A stretch of DNA of 64,000 bases from Basidiobolus meristosporus CBS 931.73 (GCA_002104905.1 MCFE01000121.1:97867-161866); one strand, 5' to 3'; shown: positions 47,329 through 62,200, counted from the first letter of the stretch. A program made the numbers and translations. Notes: generated by a model not told the origin, from the letters alone.

Positions 47329-50300
47329 GATATCTTGACGAAAGCACGGCCCTCAGCTGTGCTTTTAAAGTAGTTCCATTTTCCCAGGATAGAGATCACG
47401 TTTCGTTACCAACAATGATAGCAAGCCGAGAATTCGACCTAATTTAGTAGCGTCTGGTTGAGTTAGCCTATTGTGGCAATTCAGGTAGTGGAATGCATGG
47501 ATTCTAAATGGTAACCATTGGATATCCTTGCAGCTTCTAGAAAATACCCAAAGCGTAATACTATCTTCCAAGGAGTTCGGAATCACGATCACGCTGGCCT
47601 TCAAATGTGGCTTATCCATAAGACTCTTCCTTTACAGCTTAGAAGAGCCTATACAGATGCCTACAACATTGGGGGCAAATTGTCAGCTTCAGTCAGGGAA
47701 AGTCGGTATCCTTCACCAAGTGTCGAGGAGAAATTATACAGTGGATGCAATGTCCTGGTGAGACAGTTTGGCGCAGCTAAATTATAATCCCAGCTGTTCC
47801 CGAATGTCAATGTGGTTTGGCATACCTCTAAATAGTCAACAGTATCGAGAATGCAGTAGCATTAGTGTTTTCACTGCATATTTCAGCAATAACTCAGACC
47901 TTTGGAATATCGATTAACCATACCGCTAATGGCATTTGAGTTACCCTAATAGATCCTACCTTCATGCATACTCCTCTAGAACTTCGCAATACCCGAGTGT
48001 GTACGGCTTAACAAATAACAATTAACACTTATACAACCTGGCCAATAGATTGGCAAAAAATTCTCTTAGAGTATAGCATCATGAATCAGGAAAAATCAAA
48101 AAAGAAGAAAAACGTGCTAAGCCCCATTCTGAGCTGAACCAATGAGCATAGAGATTGCTTGGTTAGGCCCATGTAGCTAGCATTTGATTAGTACATGGAG
48201 GATCGAAGGGTCACGCGAGCCAGTTGAGTAATGCTCAAAGGCTGATCAAGTCTAATGATCATATGGAAGGTTTACTTGTCAGAAATAGCTTTACCTGACA
48301 ATATGACTTGGGGATTGACCTGGACACTGGAGATGCACACTTGTGGAGCCTTCACATCTCCGTGGGCCTTGATCTCAGCGCCCAGACCTTGGCCGAGAGT
48401 ACAGGATGCTTATCATCCACGCAACTATCAAAAGCAGGTCTTTCTCGAGAGCACCAAACCACATACATGCTATAAGAAGGGTTTATTGAACGGAAGCAGC
48501 AGTGCTTAATTATCGCGCAATTGGAATATTGAAGCCATGCCCCCATTTGCTGGATGCAAGTAGTGGGCATCAGCTGTTATTGTAGATGGAGAGGAAAATA
48601 GAGTCGCATTGTCCCGTCATCTCAGACCTATAGCATTTTACATATCTGCTCTCGCTGGAATACCCTCTCCGGCATGGATAGCAGAAATCTGCATTATGGA
48701 TACAATCTCAAACCAAATCTAGTGGTTCTGATCACATCGATCGTTATCTTGATACCAAATTTAAGCTCGATGAATCAGAGACTTCTCATGCTACCGAGGA
48801 AATTCATAGATGCCGGGGCCAGCAATGCAGTACGGAACGTGTTTACCCAATCCACCCTAAGATTTGCACCCCCAAGCCAGCTTTGATGACGATACTTTAG
48901 TTATGATCGGGGATTGTTGTGGCTCACTTACCAATGGGAACGCTAATCGCAATCGAAAACCTACTACTGTGAGTTTATCCATGATCTTACCGATCACCAT
49001 CTTGATATTGCACGCAACATATACTTATACGGAACAATGCTAGTGTAAGGCTTTCTTGGAACACTTCTTGGCGGGTATTCAGAAAAGCCATGGTTAAGAA
49101 AATGCTAGTTAGATATACCACATGTAGTAACTGTTACCTAACCCTAAATTATTCACTCTGATCATGCGGAGGGGATTTCATATATAGCACTCAGTTCCAC
49201 AGTGAACAAAATAGGTTCAATCCTCTCTCAGACCGAAGTTTCTCTTGCGCAATGATATATTGGTAAGAATCTGAAACCGCGCCTTCTATGGCCTGGAATC
49301 TCTCATCATGGCCGACATTTGGCCGGAAAACAAAGCATGTGAACTGGAGCGATTCCATTTTTACATGTCTCGGGAATCCAGGTTGCTCAAGCACCGCTAC
49401 CGATGCAGATCCCTTGGTCAGTTAGCCAATGGAAGCTTATCAGTTATCACTTCAAACGTCGCATTGTCACCACATTTAGTGATCGTTCCGAGTGTCTTAT
49501 GTGTGTTTAAGCGGCATAATGATGGTGTACAGTATTCCTAGAGCACCATACAAAAGATATTTCGCGCTGCCAGAGTCTGAATTATCCTTAATTGATTATC
49601 CATACAGTAATTAATGGGGTCATTCTGAGTTTCAGTCTGATCGACCGCGCTGAACAATACATCGTTGCAACTGATTAGGAGCATCCTATATGTGACACTT
49701 CTGGCGTTAATTACCAAATTCCCCCTCCACTGAGGGCTGAGCTATATTTAAGTGAATTTGAGCACTACTAATGCCGGTTGACAACATCATACCACTAAGT
49801 CATTGATACCTGGAATTTACCCTAAATTCCAGTGAAAGATACCCGGGGCTCCTGGACATGGTGAACCACCCTTATCAATTGGGAGGGTCACTTTCTCCTG
49901 CACTGACACTCCTGCCCTACTCTTGTCTCAAACACGCAGTGTGAGTGAATCTCCCCACCCAACAAGACTCATCCACAATAAATTTTCTGAAGCTCTGAGC
50001 AGCTTTTTGTAGCAGCTCCTTCTGGGGTACACTATGATAACCAGTAAAATACACAGCCTGAGTGGATACCAATTCAGACTGTATTGTACAGAAAGTATCA
50101 TATAGGGAAACAATGCCATTAGAAGAGCCTTTTCACACATTACAAAAGCTGGTTAACATTTTGTTTCACTGATATTACTTTCTTGGCTTGACATCAATTG
50201 GCTGAATAGTTTGGGTAGCTCATAATGAGGGCTAGAACAGTAATACTCAGGTTCTAGGTGTTAAAGGGGTAAAAAACACCAAGTGGTGAAGTCTTTATTA

Positions 50301-50745
50301 AAGTGACTCAAAATAAAGTAGCCAGTTGCTACACTATAAGCATTTTCATATGTGAATAAAGACAAGTGTCATGTTGAAAAGCTTAGAAGAGAGATCACTA
50401 AGTTCCAGAGGAGTTAAATCAGAGTTAAGTAGTACTTGGGTGATAACTAAGGGATGTAATAATATATCCACAACTGCCACAAAGTTGGACAAATATGGAT
50501 TGGGGCAAAGTAAGAGTGCAGTATCATGACTGAGATTGCTCTACCATCAAGTGAAGTATACATTGTATAGACAAGTGCCAAGTTTAAAATGTCCTGCACA
50601 TGCTGAGCAAAATGATATGTCTCAGAATCAACAAGTCAATTATACATTTCTGATACAGTATAATCAGCAAGCACCAAAAGCCTGGACCACTAGTTGCAAT
50701 TAATATGGGTGTGGATAGGTGAACAAGATAAATGACAATTGTATC

Positions 50746-52070
50746 TGTTGTGAAAATTTGTATTTCCACCTAAATATTCACCTAACTTAGTCACTTGGAT
50801 CATTACCTTCATATCCTAGAGAATACTGACCATATTCCTTGTTGGGATTTACTTGGAATATTTTCACCAAAATACCAGGTACCCAGAACATCAAAATTTT
50901 CAAAGTTGTCCAAACAGCCCCAAACTTTGCACACATGTTCTTGGGACCTTCATTCACCTATTCTACGTGTTTTTTATGCCAAGACCAGATAAGAGTATTA
51001 ATACTACTTTTACATTCAATAAATCATTAAGTGAAAGCCACATAATCTACTTGTCCTCCTAATCACTTCCAATATCTCCAAGACTCATACAACAGGTTAT
51101 GAGCCCCAAGCTGTCACACTCTGCAATGGCTACTACTGCCATTACTGGAATTTTTCCCTCTGCTGAAAAGTTGGATGGATCTAACTACCAAGTGTGGAAG
51201 GTGAAGATGAAGATGCTGCTACAAGAAAGAGGCCTTTGGGATACTGTCATGGAAGAAGAATGTGCTCCTAAAAACATGGGAGAGGAAGCCTTAAAGTATC
51301 AGAAGAAAGTACAGAGTGCCTTTAACTGCATTTGCCTTAATGTCAAGGACAAATGGCTAATTCAATGCTCAAGAGCAAAAACAGCAAAGAATGCCTGGAA
51401 AGGTTTAGAAGACACCTACCAGTCATGTTCAGCTGCCAAGAAAATGTATCTGAGACAAAAATTCTTTACTACAAAGATGCTGCCAGAAGAAATGAAAAAC
51501 CTAATTAACAGAATTACCCTGCTGGTAGATGAGATGGAATCTGTGGGCATACCAACTACTGATGAGGATGTGATAGTTACCATCCTGAATAGCCTGACAG
51601 ACAAGTTTCAGGGCCTTGTATCAGCCCTAGAGTCCAGAACTCAAGATTTGACCTTAAATTACATATATGGAAGGCTCCTGGATGAAGAATTAAGAAAATC
51701 AAGCAATAATAAGAGGGTAGAAGAAAATGCTTTAATAAGCAATGATAACCAACAAAGGAGGTACCCAAGACCTTACAAAGGCTACAGCAACCTGTTTTGC
51801 AACTACTTCAAAAGGAAAGGACATACATCAGACTGGTGTCTCAAAAAGAAAGATAATCAGCAAAAGAAGCCTGAATATGGAAATGCTGCAACAACTTAAG
51901 ATAGACTATTCATATCTGCACTAAATATGACCACAAACAAGGATTCTCAGATGTGGTATACTAACTCTGGAGCATCTCAACACTTTACACACCAAAAAGA
52001 ACTTTTTACCCAATATCAAGAAATTCCAATTAAGAAGGTTTTCATGGGTGACAATGAGGTGGTGTATAGG
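50746..52070 (+). mobile_element. 5' end of a second copia copy: LTR 50746-51094, PBS, gag 51099-51899, truncated
   Basis: LTR very similar to 8788-9137; GGTTATGAGCCC; gag homologous to 4656-5582 and less decayed. Confidence 0.9.
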
Positions 52071-52169
52071 TCCAAGGGAGAGATACGTCCAACACTTCTC
52101 AAGTGTTTTGTGTGTGGGGTGTTCACTGGGTGCAATAATCTCTGGCAAAAGCTTGCTAGGAATACTTGG

Positions 52170-52790
52170 GTACTGCCTCTAATCTAATGTGAAGGGGAAT
52201 AAAGCCACAAGCTTGTCAAGGGAAAACTATTGAGCTACAATCCCCAATTTAGTTGGCGTCTTAACAAAAGTATGTGCTGGGTCCAGCATCCTTTGAGATG
52301 GCAATGTACTAGAGCTTCCAAAGTCAAAACAACTGTAAACTCCACCAGCAGAGACTTGATAAGAATGCAGCTGTGGTCAATAGTTACAAAGACAGAAAAG
52401 TATCTTTGCCTTTACAAGAACAAACTTGGGAAAGAATCAAATATAATAAAAGATACCTACTCTGAGTATTCCTCACAAGTAGTGCCTCCAAGGTCAGTTG
52501 GCTGTCAGTGTGGTTTCCTGGGAGTATCCTGTGGTCTGGGGTTGGAAGTTCAGGTGGCAGCAGGTAGCAGTGATCAAACTAATCAGCAAGTTGGAATATT
52601 GATAAAAGGGATGATGATTTATTGTTGAGGGATAGCCTCCCTTATATACTGTTCTTACTGGCTAAGTGATTACTAATTATGGCGTTCCAGAAGGTTCTGG
52701 ATATCAATAGAGATCTTAATGACAACAGAATGACCTAAGAATGTTCTAAGTAGGTGCCAGAAGGTTCTAAGAGGCACAGCACATCCAACC
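52170..52790 (-). mobile_element. Degenerate 5' leader/LTR region of a Ty3 element related to 1106-4228
   Basis: 52190-52480 resembles 3350-3660 (aaagccac...ttgtcaag...attgagc.acaatcccca). Confidence 0.55.
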
Positions 52791-53377
52791 AATCAGGAAT
52801 CAGTAGACTTGTTCCATTGTACCGTGCCAGGGCGTGCGGTGCAATCCGTGGTTGTAAAGAATGATTGGGCGCGATATTATAGCTACCAGAAGGAAGGATT
52901 GTTCTTGGATGATTTTGCACTATGCGGGACAATCTTGCACACTATGGCACAATCTGACACAATGAGGTTGGAACGGATGATTGTGCCAACTTGTAATGTT
53001 AGCATCACGTGCGCAATTGGATACCACCATTATGGCAGGTAAAATCCGGTATTTGGATATGTTTCTTCAATGTAAACGGAAATAAATGTGTATCACACTA
53101 TAAACTACACTAATGCTTACCATTTTGGTTACCATCACTCCAATTGGACAGTATCTCAGTGGTTAATTGGTCCAAAAGTATCCTGAAGCTGGCAGCCCCC
53201 AATTGGCTCATTGACTACTAAAAAAGCTACCTGATATGCCATCAAATATCCCATTTTGCTCATTGAGCAAGTAAATCCCTGATCCTAGTGATTGGACAAG
53301 TTGTCATAGCCAGCACGCAAGCAATCATGTAGGTGCAAAACAGATCCAATAGTTGCACTGGTATTACAGATGACGTA

Positions 53378-56300
53378 TGTTGTGCATCAACATTTAAAAC
53401 TTAGCCAATTTTACTCCGTTTGAAAATCTAGTACCCTAACTGATTTTCCCTAACCCAAACATAACAAATCCCAGTTACAGTTTATTTTATCCCACCTATA
53501 AATCTACTTTTAGCTATCACACCTGATCTATTTTCAAATGGTCATTACGTTATCAACATATCTGCCAAGCCTTCCCAGGTGATTAGTCATCTGAGATCTA
53601 TCCAACCACGGTGCAGTTGCCAAGACATCAGTTGATTGATGATGTAATTTTCATTTATCTTATGCACCTATGAACACCCAAATTGATTTCAATCAATCCA
53701 GTCCCTTGGCGCTTACTAATTCAACTTGATCAGAAAAGTATAAATAAAGTTTACTGAACCTTTGGTTTAGTGTGTGTCTCAACGAAATTAAGATTCTGTC
53801 TCAGCAAAAATAAAGAATCCAACAATTCCGTTCTAGTTTCTATCCCAGCCTAGTATATCTAGCACTCCAAAGAACACCAAGCCTAGCCTGCCTAGCAAAC
53901 AAATATCATTTATAGCCAATCCAGCTATATCCAAGACCAATATTAGATCAGAATCTTTCTGCTAATATTTCCGCCACTCTCTGACAATTCTAAGATTCTG
54001 CACTTAATTGTCCCTTTGATTCAGTTAAACCATTCAAGAGTTTTATTACACTTTCTCTTGGATACAACATTTTTTTTGTTGAATTCCATTACATTCAGCC
54101 AATTAGAAGATGTCCTCAGCAGCAAGCAATCCAAACCTTTCCATGTTGGAAGAGGCCAGAAGTAATCAGGAAGAACTTACTCAACAGCTTGAAAATATCA
54201 TGCTTGAAAGAAACACCATGATGCTTGAGCACTCAAAGCTTGTCAAAACAAGATCTGATAATCACCGTAGAGATGAACTCCTTGAAGTTATATCCAGTTA
54301 CCAAGATGAAATTGGAATAATTAAGGAAGCACTGGAGAATATTGCCATAGTAATTGACAGCATTGAAAATCCGCCAAGCCTTGCTCTGCATCAGCCACCA
54401 AGAAGTCATGCCTTTGAATGCCCCGGTGGTTGTCCCAAGATCCTTGCCTGTTTATGCTGAAGGCACCAATGCCATCAAGAATCCAACTGAGTTTCTTTAC
54501 AAGTTTAGTCACGTCTTAGCTGCACACCAGCTAGACCCTGACACCAACTGGGCTAGACTTCTGCCTCTCTGTCTCACAATGCAAGATGCTGACTGGGTTG
54601 AAGTGAACATTCCTTCCAATAGTACGTGGAAAATTGCCCTAAACCTCTTTTGCAGCCATTTTGAAGATCCTCTCAAGAAAGCTCATCTGAACTGCAACTT
54701 ATGGAAAACTAAAATGCAAAAAGGTGAATCTGTGCAACACTTCTGTGATAGATGCCAAAGACAAATGAGATTAGCTGGAGTTAGTGATGATAATCCATCG
54801 CTTACTGCTCATTTTCTTTCAAACTTTTCACACCAGCTACAGAGCAATATTGCTATTGTCAAAGCATGTAACCCTGCACGTACCTATGACCAGATCTCAG
54901 AGATATGTACACTGGCAATCACCTTAACTGCAGCTGTTAGCCAGACTACAGGCAACTCAACCCAATATCCCACAACAGCCGGAAAAGAGACCAGTCATGT
55001 GACCAAGAAGCAGTCAACCGCTACTAAGCACTGTGAGCTTCATGGGAAATGCTATCATTCTACCAGTGAATGCAAAGGCATCACCAAGCAGTCAAAAAAG
55101 TCAGGAAACACCGCAGAAAAGCAGCAAAACACCAAAACTGATAATCCATATGCTGATGACAAGTGCTTTAAATGTGGAAATATGGGACATAGATCACCTG
55201 CCTGTCCTGAGAAGAACTCCACACCATCAGCCAAAATTACCCAGATCCTTGATGATCATTCAGCCAATGATACAATGGGGTATGAAGAAGCATATGAAGA
55301 ACTTACAGTTCAAGATTATCACAACCTCTTTGAGTTTCAGGCTAAAATTGCAACTGTTCAAGAAAAGAAGCAACCAATCACACAGCTCAAAGCCATAGAA
55401 GTGCCACTCACCCTCAATGGCCATTCATACTTAGCACTACTGGATACTGGATCATCCAACTCTATTGTATCACCCAATGTAGTCAGAGAACTCAATTTGG
55501 AGATAGAAAAACGACCAGGAAAAATCATTCTTGCCGCTAAGGATCTCTCAGCCCCAAGAATTGGCATTACCAACCCAATCAACATACATTGTGGCTCAGT
55601 AACCATAATCCATCAGATGGAAGTGATTGACATACCAGATGGACCTCAGGTAGTCATTGGTCTGGACACCTTCAGCAAACTTGGCTTTCACATAGGCAGA
55701 CTACCAGTTTCCTATCCAGGAATCACTAAATCTCAGCCACTCATAATGGATCAAATCCCAGAGATTATCTCATCCCAACCAGAAGAAGAAGAGTTAACCC
55801 CAACTTTTCAAGAATATTCTCAATCAGTCAAATTGGATATTCAGCCGGCCATAGAGAGAAATCAGGCCATTCCAAGGAACAGCTTCTGCACCATCCCAGA
55901 ATCCATTGTTACACTAGAGACCCCACCTGGTGAGTCAACATGGAGGAGGCAATACCCAATTCCGTATTCATGTCAACACTTAGTTGATGAGATAGTCCAA
56001 AAATGGGCTGACAATGGAATTATCACTCAAGCCCCTGTCAACACAACATTCAACAGCCCTTTGACGCTTGCACCAAAGAAAGATGCTGATGGAAATCTAA
56101 CCTTGAAGAGACCCTGTTTGGACCCCAGACCTCTGAACAAGCTTCTCCAAGATGACAAGTTTCCAATTCCAAGAATCCAAGATATCTTTTCTGCACTATC
56201 AGGAGCAAAAGTATTCTCCAAGTTGGACTTGAAGGATGCATATCACCGATTCCAGATCCATCCTGATCACCAGCATAAGACTGCCTTCACTTGGAATAAT

Positions 56301-59262
56301 ATGCAATGGATGTTTCAGGGAGCTCCCTTTGGCCTAAAGACACTTACCAGCAAGTTTCAGAGAGTCATGACTATAATACTCAAGAATGCACCATACGCAT
56401 TGGTATTTGTTGATGATGTCATCATATTTTCCACTAACCGTGATGATCATGCAACCCATGTCACTGATGTAATCAACAGACTGACAACTGCTGGACTGAT
56501 TCTCAATGCTGAAAAGTGCAGTTTTGCCCGCCTCAAAATCAATCTACTTGGATTTATAGTCACACCAGCTGGCCACCAATTAGATCCTTTCAAACTGGTC
56601 AATATCCCAGAATGGCCAAAACCCACTAGTGCCAAGCAACTTCAACATTATCTTGGAGTATCCAACTATTTCAGGGAACACATACCACTCATGTCCTCAT
56701 TGAGTGCCCCTTTAGATGCATTACGCCATAGCCCTGATCTCACCTCAGCCTGGAACAAGACTGATGACCAAGCCTTTGAGTCACTCTGCCAACTGCTTCC
56801 ACAAGCACCCACCTTATCCTACCCAGACTTTACTAAGCCCTTTGTTGTTGCTACGGATGCATCTAATGTTGGGTTAGGGGCAGTCCTCTATTAAGATGAA
56901 GACCAAAATCCGCCTCACTGGATCTCTTTCCAAGCCAGGTCCCTACAACCTGCTGAGAGAAACTACTCTGCTACCAAGAAGGAGCTACTTGCCATAGTCT
57001 TTGCCTTGAAGAAGTTTCATCAGTATCTATGGGGTAATCCTTTTACCTTGTACACTGACCACCAAGCCCTTGTCTATATCCACACTCAGAAGACTCTGAC
57101 TCCAATGCTTACCAACTGGCTTGATACTCTACTTGATTATGAATATACAGTTATTCATCGCCCAGGAATTCTCAACATCCTTCCTGACCACCTGTCAAGA
57201 CTTTTTCCAACTTCACCTTGGGAGGGATATGTGATTACTGATGTAATCAGTAAACTCTATACAACTTCCAAAGTAATTCCTCAACTGGATTCAGCAACTT
57301 GGAAAATCCCACCTGAAGAACAAAGGAAAACATTGATACAGAGGAGTCATTTACTTGGCCACTTTGGTGCTGACACACTTATGAAGAAGCTACACTCTGA
57401 TGGATATCACTGGCCAAATATCAAAGTTGACTGCTTAGAATTTGTCAAGTCGTGCAGAGAATGTCAACTTTACAATATCAGCCGCCATGGATTTCACCCT
57501 TTGAGCCCCATCCATGCAAGCCTTCCTATGGATCATATTGCAATTGATCTAGCTGGACCTTTCACCACTAGTGATGATGGTAATCACTACCTCTTTGTAA
57601 TTGTGGACGTCTGCACACGTTTTGTCTTCCTCAAACCTATACCAGACAAGTATGCTGCCACTATTGCACAAGAACTATTCAAGCTCTTCTGCCTTTTTGG
57701 ATTCCCTAAGGTCATTCAATCGGATAATGGAACAGAATTTGTGAATCACGTGATCAAAGCCCTTTGCCAGAATAGCGCCATTGATCACCGTCTGATCACT
57801 CCATATCATCCCAAAGCTAATGGACTGGCTGAAAGACATGTTCAGACCTCAGTGAACATCATCAGGAAATCTATCAAAGGTATCAAGAAGAATTGGGACA
57901 AGTACATTCCAACTGTACAATATGCTATCAACACCAAAATTGCCGCTCTACATGGATCAACACCATTTTCCTTGATGTTTGGAAGAAGATACAACCACTT
58001 TGGAGACTACCAGAATACAGAGTTAGCAAGTTTGAATACAGATAAGCTAAAGAACCAGCTTGAGTACCTTACCAACATTGTCTACCCTGCTATCAGTGCC
58101 AGAAGTAAGGCCTCTCAGCAAAAGATGACTTCAACATACGCCTCAAGACACAGGAACAGCAGCTTCCCAGATGGGTCATATGTCATGACACTAGATCCAA
58201 TCCGGCAATCTAAGCTTGACCCCAAGTATGAAGGACCATTCAAGGTTGTCAGACGCACTACTGGAGGATCTTATGTACTTCAGGATAACACTGGAGCACT
58301 GCTACCCAAAAACTTTCCACCTTCTTCACTCAAACTTATTTCTCAAGACCCAGTAACTTCAGAATCCTATGAAGTTGAAGCTATTGTGGACCATGATGGA
58401 GAAGAACCAAATTGCCTTTATTTAGTCAAGTGGAAAGGCTATGATGCCAAACACAACACCTGGGAACCTTACACCAACTTTGATGATGTTGCCATTATTG
58501 ATCAGTATTGGAGCCGCAGAGGAACCCAGAAGGTATCAAAAAACTCCTCTTCCGGAAGGAAGTGATGTTGTGCATCAACATTTAAAACTTAGCCAATTTT
58601 ACTCCGTTTGAAAATCTAGTACCCTAACTGATTTTCCCTAACCCAAACATAACAAATCCCAGTTACAGTTTATTTTATCCCACCTCAGAATCTATTTTTA
58701 GCTATCACACCTGATCTATTTTCAAATGGTCATTACGTTATCAACCTATCTGCCAAGCCTTCCCAGGTGATTAGTCATCTGAGATCTATCCAACCACTGT
58801 GCAGTTGCCAAGACATCAGTTGATTGATGATGTAATTTTCATTTATCTTATGCACCTATGAACACCCAAATTGATTTCAATCAATCCAGTCCCTTGGCGC
58901 TTACTAATTCAACTTGATCAGAAAAGTATAAATAAAGTTTACTGAACCTTTTGGTTTAGTGTGTGTCTCAACGAAATTAAGATTCTGTCTCAGCAAAAAT
59001 AAGAATCCAACAATTCCGTTCTAGTTTCTATCCAAGCCTAGTATATCTAGCACTCCAAAGAACACCAAGCCTAGCCTGCCTAGCAAACAAATATCATTGC
59101 TTTATAGCCAATCCAGCTATATCCAAGACCAATATTAGATCAGAATCTTTCTGCTAATATTTCCGCCACTCTCTGACAATTCTAAGATTCTGCACTTAAT
59201 TGTCCCTTTGGTTCAGTTAAACCATTCAAGAGTTTTATTACACTTTCTCTTAGGATATCACA
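53378..59262 (+). mobile_element. Young Ty3/gypsy retrotransposon with chromodomain integrase; two ~690-bp LTRs (53378-54069, 58566-~59262)
   Basis: Gag with two knuckles (CELHGKCYHSTSEC, CFKCGNMGHRSPAC), protease LLDTGS, RT FVDDVII, RNase H TDASNVGLG, integrase HHCC/DDE, chromodomain YEVEAIVDH...YLVKWKGY...NTWEP; PPT GGAAGGAAG. One nonsense codon (TAA 56892-56894). LTRs differ at roughly a dozen sites by eye. Confidence 0.96.
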
Positions 59263-62200
59263 GAGTACACTGGAGTTCAGGTTCATGGGGAGTGAAGTAG
59301 ATAAGCTTGAGAGATATAATAATCTTTAAGAAGTGGTAACAGCAGGTGAAGGGAGTTTTGATAAGTGAAGTGAATCTTGAGAGCAGAGATTCTCTAATGA
59401 GAAGGTCTTGTATACTGGAGAATCAGGAAACTCTTTAAGCATGGTCAGTAGGTTCCAGTAAACTGGTCAGAGACATTTTGAGAGAACTCTTTAGCATACT
59501 TTGTCAAGTACTACTCCAGAGTGTGACTGTTGATAAATCTCATGTTAACAATCTTGGATAAATTGTAACTTGTTGCTTGAGATACATCCTATGCTCAGAT
59601 ATAGGAATGAACTCACATTGGCAAGTAGCAACAGCAGTCAGTAGCAGGAGCAATCAGAAGTAGCAGGAACTTTCTTTAGTCTGGAGGAGCAGTCAGGATG
59701 TCTTGAGGAAGCAGGAACAGCTTTTTGACAGCTTCAGAGTAGGAAAGTGAGCAGAGCAGATGATCTTGAGTCTGTTGCAGACAGCTGCAGAGAGACATAG
59801 ATTCTGCAGATCAGAGAAGGCAGAATACAGCTGAATTGTTCTGAGTAAGCATTTCAGCTAACAGTGCAAGCTTTCTCAGGAAGGAATCTGAGAATGATGA
59901 AGCATAGAATAGAGAAGAGTAGATGAGTTGTGGAAATTAGCAGGAGAAGATGAAGAGCAAATTCCAGAGTCAGAATTTATAGGTGATGGACAAGGTAGAT
60001 GGATGGATTATTCTGGTTAGGAGAATTAGCAGTGAGAAGTAGAGAAGGAGCAAATTCAGAAGTCAGATTTATAGATGGATGGACAAGGTAGATGGATGAT
60101 CATTCAGGTAGAATTGCAGGAGAAGAGAGTGAAAGCAAAATAGAGTAGAATTTATAGAGGATAGACAAGGGTAGATGGATGATCATTAGGGTTAGGGGGG
60201 GGAGACAGTCACCAACAGGTGAAATCTTTATTTCAGTTGAAACAAAGAAGCCAGCGCTACTGTTGTAGCTTTGATACAAGAGTGTGTAGCTGAGGGGAAT
60301 TTGTAGGTAAGTTAATAAGAAGTGATGATAGTTCTTCAGTGCTCAAGACACTGTTCAGTGGGAAGGGGGGTAGCAAGAGAGGTAAGAATGACTTGTGAAC
60401 AACATTAATGAGGGGAATGTGATAAGGATTGATATTCATCATAAAGGGAGTGTGCTGCTGCAGATATTGCTGCCAAAGGTCTGTCAAGTACTTCAGGTAG
60501 GCCAGCTTGGGTTTTTCTGACTGCAGAATATAGTGAGCAAACTTCTTGACTTCAGGATCTCCAAGTATAGTTCTCCAGCAGGAGCCAGGTGTTGTGTGGT
60601 GTGTTCTCTTCCAGGCCTTAATCAGTGGGTTGTTGCAGTTGTGAAGTCTGAGGTATAATCTGGTTCTAAGGTAGAGAAGTCTGATCTTATAGGGCATAAA
60701 CCCAAAAGCACCAAGAATAGCATGTCTGTAGGGGCATTCAGGCAAATGAGGCACCAAGGAGGTAATGCACCATACTGCAAACTTGTCAAGCTTAGTGCAG
60801 TCTCTAGAAGTAAGAGAGAGAAGTGGTAAGCCAAATTCCAGGACAGGGAAGACAAACTGCTTGAGTAGAAGGAGGCAGCTGGGAGCTGAAGTTGTAGGAG
60901 GAGTAACAGCCAGTAGCTTGTGGAGTGCCTGTCTTGCCAGGATAATTCTCTTCTTCAGGTGTGCTCCAGAGTCTAGTCCAGTAGGAAGGAAAGGAAAGCC
61001 AAGATATGTAGCAGAAACCTGAGCAGGTAGAGTGGAGTTCTCCAAGTTGATGGGAGAGCCCAAAGGTACTGTCTTTGCAATGGAAAGCTGGAGATTATTC
61101 TTCTGCAGATACTGGTGGATGGTCTGGGAGTCTTGTTGCACATTGGAGGAGGATATTCTGATGTCATCAGCAAAGAGAGTAACCAGGCAGTCAGCTGAGA
61201 GTCTTGGGAAATCATTCAGGAAGATGGCAAACAGTATAGGACCAAGCACAGAGCCTTGAACCACTCCATTAGGAACTGAGAACACAGCTGATTGCTCACT
61301 TGGGTGCAGAATTCTTGCTTGTGGATCCAGAAACAGAGACCTGACAAGGAGGGTGAGAGAGGTACTGGAGAAGCATTGCAACTTGGACCAAAGCAGATTT
61401 CTGTCAACTGAATCAAAGGCCTTAGTAATATCAAACAGAACAGAGGGATACTTGCACTGGAGAGAGTGATCTTGGCTAAGTATGACTGCATATTCCAAGG
61501 AGAGGCCAGGAACAAAGCCAAACTGTGCAGGATGAAACTTGAGGGAGTCAGAGTAGAGCTCCTGAGCAAGCAGAAGCTCAAACACCTTTCTGCAGGTGGG
61601 CAGCAGAGATATTGGCCTGTAGGAGCTAGGATCCAGGTGCTTTCCTTTACCCTTGTACAGTGGCAGAACATTTGCAAAGGACCATTCCTCAGGAGTAGAA
61701 AGCTGGGCTGAGCATTGCTGAAACAGTGGAAGCAGAAGTGCAGACATGGCCTTGGTACTAGTCTTCAGAAGCTCATAAGAGATTGTGTCCACACCTGGAG
61801 CAGTAGAGTTGGGAAGCCTCTTGAGCACATTATGGATTCTCCTTTGATCAAGTGCAAGTGGGATGGGCAGAGTCTTGAAGTCAGGATGAAAGCCAGGAGT
61901 TGAGTACTGCTTTGTAGAGAAGAAGATGTTAGCCAGCTGTTCTGTTGAAGGTAACTTCCTGGAAGAGGGCCTCATTGCCCTGTAGAGTCTTGATACTGTT
62001 CTTGTTATAGAGTTGGAAGATTGCAGAGGCAAAGAACTCATAATATGATCCCAGAGCTGAGTATGCAGAGTGTGGTGAATTGCCTTGGAGTGGTGTATTG
62101 CTGTCAGGAGGAGTTTCTCTGTTTTTGGGTTAGGGAAACTCAGGTAGCTTTGTTGCAGGGCTGAAACAATGGATTCCCATTTTCTTGAGGTAACAGCAGT

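Noticed and set aside
47365-50700. Scattered 60-90 aa ORFs
   Set aside because: No homology cues. The 49.9-50.7 kb part is CpG-poor and probably unclassifiable TE debris.
52940-52990. 9-bp inverted repeat GGCACAATC/GATTGTGCC in a small CpG-containing patch
   Set aside because: Too short to exceed chance; no partner termini or TSD found.
53370-59270. Target-site duplication for the young Ty3
   Set aside because: Flanks ACGTA and GAGTA do not match, and the right LTR end is slightly altered where it meets the LINE-associated sequence; not claimed.
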